DNA from: an uncultured virus (IMG/VR IMGVR_UViG_3300028377_000002)
Lineage: Duplodnaviria > Heunggongvirae > Uroviricota > Caudoviricetes
Length of the DNA: 20,000 nucleotides
Direction: 5' to 3' (one strand)
Virus record (IMG/VR): IMGVR_UViG_3300028377_000002
Shown here: one piece after another, positions 16,240 through 20,000 of the stretch
How the letters are laid out: each line of letters starts with the position of its first letter
Position numbering within the stretch: position 1 is the stretch's first letter
Notes under the pieces: generated by a model
What the model was told of the DNA's origin: nothing
Seen by the model: only the letters and a program-made list of their open reading frames with translations
Database searches by the model: none
Translations under genes and position numbers: made by a program

Positions 16240-17280
16240 ATGGGAGGAAGAGCATTAAAAAACGTAGAAACAAGAAGGTACTCTAGAGAAGAGTTTGATA
16301 CAGTAAGTAAAAAGCTTGTTGATACTCTATCTGAAACCTTTGAACAAGTCGACGTACCTCTATTTTACACAAATAAAGAATCATTTGGTGACATCGATAT
16401 TATTATAAGTAACGAAGATGTAGAGGGCGAAGAATTGGATGGGTCATTTGTTAGGGAATACATAGAAGTAAACTTTAACCCAAATGAGATTTTCCATAAT
16501 GGTAACTCTTGGTCCTTTGATTATAAGGAAGTTCAAGTAGACTTAATCTTAGTAGACGCAGATGACTTCGATTCAAACTATCATTATCTAGCTTATAATG
16601 ACCTAGGTAATTTTATAGGTAGATTAGCTCAATCAATTGGTGTTAAGTTTGGTCAAGAAGGTTTATGGTACAATAGATACGGTAAGGACAATAGCACCAA
16701 ACATAAGATAATGATATCTAAGGATTATCGAAAGATTTATTCCTTTTTAGGTTTAGATTATGATAGGTTTTTAGAAGGGTTTGAAGGATTAGAAGATATT
16801 TTTAAGTTCACAACAACCTCACATTTATTTAACCCTGAAAGGTTTAAATTAAGTAATCTTAATAAAGTAAATCGTGAGAGAAACCTTAAAAGGAAATCCT
16901 ACATGTCATTTTTAGAATACATAGAGGGTATGGGCCCTAATTATGACTATGATAAGGAATATATTGAGGTAACTAAAGAAAATATAGTTGACATACTGAT
17001 AGACCATTTTCCTGAGGCTAATATTGAGTATTATCTAGCGGTAATCGATTATAAAGAGGCGGTAGATAAATTAGTTAAATTAAAATTTAACGGTGGTATG
17101 ATTAAGGATATGTATAATCTAGAAGGTAAAGAAATAGGTGATGCAATTAGAGCATTCCAAGAATACATTAATACCGTATACGTTGAATGTGAAATAGGTG
17201 ATAACTTTAATAACTACATCATTAATACTTCAGAGTATAAAATCTGGAAAACCTTTGAAATAGTCAATATAATTAAATAA
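16240..17280 (+). CDS. putative nucleotidyltransferase (Pol-X/Pol-beta-like), jumbo-phage type
   Basis: MGGRALK start, KESFGDIDII, QVDLI, YNDLGN motifs. Confidence 0.72.
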   Translation: MGGRALKNVETRRYSREEFDTVSKKLVDTLSETFEQVDVPLFYTNKESFGDIDIIISNEDVEGEELDGSFVREYIEVNFNPNEIFHNGNSWSFDYKEVQVDLILVDADDFDSNYHYLAYNDLGNFIGRLAQSIGVKFGQEGLWYNRYGKDNSTKHKIMISKDYRKIYSFLGLDYDRFLEGFEGLEDIFKFTTTSHLFNPERFKLSNLNKVNRERNLKRKSYMSFLEYIEGMGPNYDYDKEYIEVTKENIVDILIDHFPEANIEYYLAVIDYKEAVDKLVKLKFNGGMIKDMYNLEGKEIGDAIRAFQEYINTVYVECEIGDNFNNYIINTSEYKIWKTFEIVNIIK

Positions 17281-17581
17281 ATGGGTTACCAAGTTCATTT
17301 AACATTTGAAAGTTATCATGTAAAGACTGACACTCAGAAATAAAATTCTGGGTGTCTTTATTTTCAAGTTGAAACCATTCACCCTTCATTCTCTTATCGC
17401 TGTATGTCCTATGCATTACACTTTCAAGTTTTCTAAAATATTCAGATTTAAATTCAGCCACAACTTTAATTTCCTCAGCATTACCTGTTTGAAGTTCTTT
17501 AACCCTGCTGGTACTCTTTCTTGTTGTAATACCAATTTTATAATTTCCGTTACCGTCTTTTAGTAAATAAATGATTCCCAT
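17273..17581 (-). CDS. GIY-YIG superfamily (T5orf172/MUG113-like) protein; start moved to 17581
   Basis: IYLL...YKIGIT...RVKELQTGN...LESVMH...GEWF. Confidence 0.88.
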   Translation of the reverse strand: MGIIYLLKDGNGNYKIGITTRKSTSRVKELQTGNAEEIKVVAEFKSEYFRKLESVMHRTYSDKRMKGEWFQLENKDTQNFISECQSLHDNFQMLNELGNPFI

Positions 17582-17643
17582 AAAGTTCACTTTTAGATGA
17601 TGTTAAGTATAGATATTAAGGATAAAAAGTAAAGGTGTAACCC

Positions 17644-17674
17644 TTGTTTTTAGGGTATAAATATTGTATCTTTG
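17644..17674 (+). promoter_or_regulatory. Bacteroidota-type promoter, probably leaderless
   Basis: TTG(17644-17646)-N20-TATCTTTG(17667-17674)-CTAC-ATG. Confidence 0.7.
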
Positions 17675-17678
17675 CTAC

Positions 17679-18113
17679 ATGATTAAACGCATTTTTGGAA
17701 CCTTCAAAAGGTTCATCAACCACGACAACGGAACAAGAACAATAGTATTTAATAAATTAGTTGATGATTTTGGTAGAGAAATCAAAGGCGAGAGATTCAT
17801 CAATAATGCCATGGTAATATCATGCATGAATTTAAAATTTGGTGATAGATATATGATTAAATATGGAAGTGTTAAAGAGGGTATATTACTTGACATCTGT
17901 CAAACGAAAAAGGTTTATAAAAACCCTAGGTGTGATATCTTCAGAAGATTTAAAGACGAATACCACATAATAAGTGGTAGGTATCAAGGTAAGAAACATC
18001 ACCAACTTGACCGAGAAGACTTAAGAAAATATTGTCTATGGCTTGGTCAAAATACTGATAATGAAATGACAATAAAAAATGTCTTAGGTATCTTAAATAC
18101 AATAGCAACGTAA
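17679..18113 (+). CDS. hypothetical protein (start moved to ATG 17679)
   Basis: The ORF-track TTG start lies within the promoter; first in-frame ATG is 17679. Confidence 0.7.
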   Translation: MIKRIFGTFKRFINHDNGTRTIVFNKLVDDFGREIKGERFINNAMVISCMNLKFGDRYMIKYGSVKEGILLDICQTKKVYKNPRCDIFRRFKDEYHIISGRYQGKKHHQLDREDLRKYCLWLGQNTDNEMTIKNVLGILNTIAT

Positions 18114-18167
18114 AAATAAAAAATATGGTTAACAATAAATTACAACTTATAATAATTAGAAATATTA

Positions 18168-18779
18168 ATGAACAACATGGATAAGAGTTTTTTAGATAAA
18201 GAAGAGTCCCCTACCATCGATGAACTAATAGGTTTATTTTTTAATGTAGACGACACTAACACTATAAAATCATTAAGAACTAAACTTTTAAGTGGACCCG
18301 AAGAGATACCTAGATTAGGTAAACCTAAAGAGATAGAAGATATATCAGGTGCCGTCTGGATAGCAACTAAAATAACTTGGGACACAATAGCTGGTCTAAA
18401 ATACCTAGTAGTCGTTAATAAAGCTTCAGAATTACGAACACTTACTGATGACTTATTTGAAAACTTTACCCATTACCCACTCACTGATATAACAACACAT
18501 AATACTTCAAACGATACGATGGATATTAGTTATGAAATTGTTGAAGAGGGTGATGATTACCCAGTTAATAACGAAGATTATTATAAGCTTATAAATAACG
18601 CCATAGAAAGTGAAGATTTTGAAGAAGCAGCCAGACTTAAGAAATGGAAAGATGGGTTAGATGAACTATTAGAAGAGTTGAAACCTAAAATAAATAAGGC
18701 TTTAAGTGAAGGTAATTTAAGTGCTTTAGACAATAATTACAAATTAATAAACACTTACAGAAGAAATATTAATAAATAA
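18168..18779 (+). CDS. hypothetical protein with UVR (UvrB/UvrC) coiled-coil motif
   Basis: INNAIESEDFEEAARLKK. Confidence 0.72.
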   Translation: MNNMDKSFLDKEESPTIDELIGLFFNVDDTNTIKSLRTKLLSGPEEIPRLGKPKEIEDISGAVWIATKITWDTIAGLKYLVVVNKASELRTLTDDLFENFTHYPLTDITTHNTSNDTMDISYEIVEEGDDYPVNNEDYYKLINNAIESEDFEEAARLKKWKDGLDELLEELKPKINKALSEGNLSALDNNYKLINTYRRNINK

Positions 18780-18833
18780 AGTGACTGAAAATCAAATAGT
18801 TATAAATTAATTTAAAAAAAAGTATAAAAAACC

Positions 18834-18864
18834 TTTGTTTAAGTAAAATGTTTTAGTATATTTG
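18834..18864 (+). promoter_or_regulatory. promoter of the leader / tRNA cluster
   Basis: TTTG(18834-18837)-N19-TATATTTG(18857-18864). Confidence 0.75.
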
Positions 18865-18911
18865 TACTATATATTAATAACAAAGAAGCGAAAGCTCAAA
18901 ATAAAAAGCAA

Positions 18912-19004
18912 ATGAAAAATTTAGTTAACTTATTATCTTTATGTCTGTTGGTGGTAGTCACCAGCCCATCGAGCTATGCAGTTAACTCAAGTTATTTTTC
19001 ATGA
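18912..19004 (+). CDS. putative 30-aa attenuator leader peptide MKNLVNLLSLCLLVVVTSPSSYAVNSSYFS
   Basis: Short ORF between promoter and terminator; contains ATCGAGCT (18968-18975), complementary to the terminator 5' arm. Confidence 0.65.
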   Translation: MKNLVNLLSLCLLVVVTSPSSYAVNSSYFS

Positions 19005-19026
19005 TAACATAAAAGTACAACTAAGT

Positions 19027-19060
19027 AAAGCTCGATAGAAATATCGGGCTTTTTTTTTTT
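19027..19060 (+). terminator. intrinsic terminator / attenuator directly before the tRNA cluster
   Basis: AAAGCTCGATA-GAAA-TATCGGGCTTT hairpin, T11 run at 19050-19060. Confidence 0.85.
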
Positions 19061-19102
19061 GCCTATGTGCCTGAGTGGTCAAAAGGGGCGGTCTGCAAAA
19101 CC
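19061..19102 (+). pseudogene. 5' part of split tRNA-Cys(GCA)
   Basis: GCCTATG acceptor strand, D-arm, GCGGT-CTGCAAA-ACC, then the sequence breaks into AT-rich DNA. Confidence 0.8.
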
Positions 19103-19114
19103 TATTTTTAAAAT

Positions 19115-19188
19115 GTGTAAGTAATCAAGTGGTCCAAGATAGAAGGTTGCAACCCTGAAAGTCGTCAGTTCGAATCTGACCTTACACT
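19115..19188 (+). tRNA. tRNA-Cys(GCA), divergent, weak anticodon stem
   Basis: GTGTAAG/CTTACAC plus T73; loop TT-GCA-AC (anticodon 19149-19151); T-arm GTCAG-TTCGAAT-CTGAC; only 3 Watson-Crick pairs in the anticodon stem. Confidence 0.75.
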
Positions 19189-19254
19189 CACTAATTGCAA
19201 AAGTTTTTTAACTTTTGCAGACTTATAAGACATTTATATAGAAATATAGGTGTC

Positions 19255-19701
19255 ATGGAAATGAAAAGTTGTAGTAAATGTAAAGTAGAAAAAGAAATAG
19301 AAGCGTACTTTTTTAGAAATAAAAAAACTGGTAAACGTCACGCTCAATGTAAAAGTTGTTATAATGAAGTTAGAAAATATAAAGAACATTATGAAAAATA
19401 TAAAGATGAATATAAGGATAGGGCAAATAAAAGAATTAAAACGTTAATTGAAGAGAATAGGATTAATATGTTAACCTTATTAAAACAACATACTTGTATG
19501 GATTGTGGTGAGGATAATATAATAACATTTGAGTTTGACCATAGAGATAGAAATGAAAAAAAATATGGTATTGCAACAATGTTAAAACATTTTAAGTGGG
19601 AACAAATATTAGAAGAGATGAAAAAATGTGACATTGTTTGTGCTAACTGCCATAGAATCAGAACAACAAATCAATTTAATTGGTATAAACTTGATAACTA
19701 A
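19255..19701 (+). CDS. HNH endonuclease (free-standing homing type); start ATG 19255 or 19261
   Basis: N-terminal CSKC..CKSC zinc finger; CMDCG...EFDH...VCANCHRIRT. Confidence 0.9.
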   Translation: MEMKSCSKCKVEKEIEAYFFRNKKTGKRHAQCKSCYNEVRKYKEHYEKYKDEYKDRANKRIKTLIEENRINMLTLLKQHTCMDCGEDNIITFEFDHRDRNEKKYGIATMLKHFKWEQILEEMKKCDIVCANCHRIRTTNQFNWYKLDN

Positions 19702-19733
19702 TCTCATCGTTGGTTCGAATCCAACTATATGCT
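19702..19733 (+). pseudogene. 3' part of split tRNA-Cys
   Basis: TC-TCATC-GTTGG-TTCGAAT-CCAAC-TATATGC-T; pairs with 19061-19067 at 6 of 7 positions; U73. Confidence 0.75.
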
Positions 19734-19745
19734 CAAATATAAAAT

Positions 19746-19830
19746 ACCCCTATAGCTCAGTGGTAAGAGCACTTCCTTTACACGGAAGAGGCGAATAGTA
19801 TTAACGGGAGTTCGATTCTCTCTGGGGGTA
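19746..19830 (+). tRNA. tRNA-Val(TAC) with unusually long (17-nt) variable region
   Basis: ACCCCTA/TGGGGGT plus A73; CTTCC-TTTACAC-GGAAG; variable region AGGCGAATAGTATTAAC; GGGAG-TTCGATT-CTCTC. Confidence 0.85.
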
Positions 19831-19834
19831 CAAT

Positions 19835-19915
19835 GGTAATATGACAGGGCTTATACTAGTTCGCTTGGGTCAAGGGTAATGCATTTACTTATGGGTTCGA
19901 TTCCTATTATTATCA
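19835..19915 (+). tRNA. degenerate tRNA-like element (acceptor and T arms intact, anticodon unassignable)
   Basis: GGTAATA/TATTATC plus A; ATGGG-TTCGATT-CCTAT; non-canonical D and anticodon arms. Confidence 0.5.
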
Positions 19916-20000
19916 CTAAATATCTCTATGCCGCACGCTGGAATACGGAACGGTTTAGAGAAAATGGGGGGGGGGGGTTGAGGAAATTGGCAAAGCCTTT

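Noticed and set aside
2975..19634. Other antisense or overlapping ORF-track entries (2975, 4751, 4998, 5631, 5928, 7509, 10874, 11919, 11945, 15170, 15727, 17369, 17675, 17950, 18140, 19389)
   Set aside because: They lie opposite well-supported genes and have no motifs
19103..19701. Group I intron in tRNA-Cys
   Set aside because: The insert does not end in G, lies in the stem rather than the loop, and is almost entirely filled by a tRNA and an ORF
1..20000. Genome-wide TAG-to-Gln reassignment (code 15)
   Set aside because: Long genes are intact under code 11 with no internal TAG; in-frame TAGs occur only at a few specific sites

Overview
AT-rich, gene-dense segment, almost all on the + strand, most likely from a large tailed (jumbo-type) phage of a Bacteroidota host. 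Support: repeated TTTG-N19/20-TAnnTTTG promoters, A-rich start contexts without Shine-Dalgarno sites, phage-type ligases and phage tRNAs. The region is dominated by nucleotide, RNA-repair and translation-rescue genes: NUDIX, HAD nucleotidase, Rnl1 and Rnl2 RNA ligases, ATP-dependent DNA ligase, nucleotidyltransferases, two PTH2-like peptidyl-tRNA hydrolases, a 2H phosphoesterase, a T5 A1-like metallophosphoesterase, and GIY-YIG and HNH endonucleases. Most striking: (1) an amber-suppressor tRNA(CUA) sits directly upstream of a PTH2 gene whose frame has an in-frame TAG at codon 5, with two more TAG-interrupted frames elsewhere; (2) a leader-peptide transcription attenuator gates the tRNA cluster; (3) a tRNA-Cys is split by a 599-bp insert carrying a different tRNA-Cys plus an HNH gene; (4) three IS200/IS605 (TnpB) right-end scars lie inside genes, one in a collapsed PARP-like gene, alongside several other deletion remnants. 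All protein family calls come from motif recognition, not database searches.
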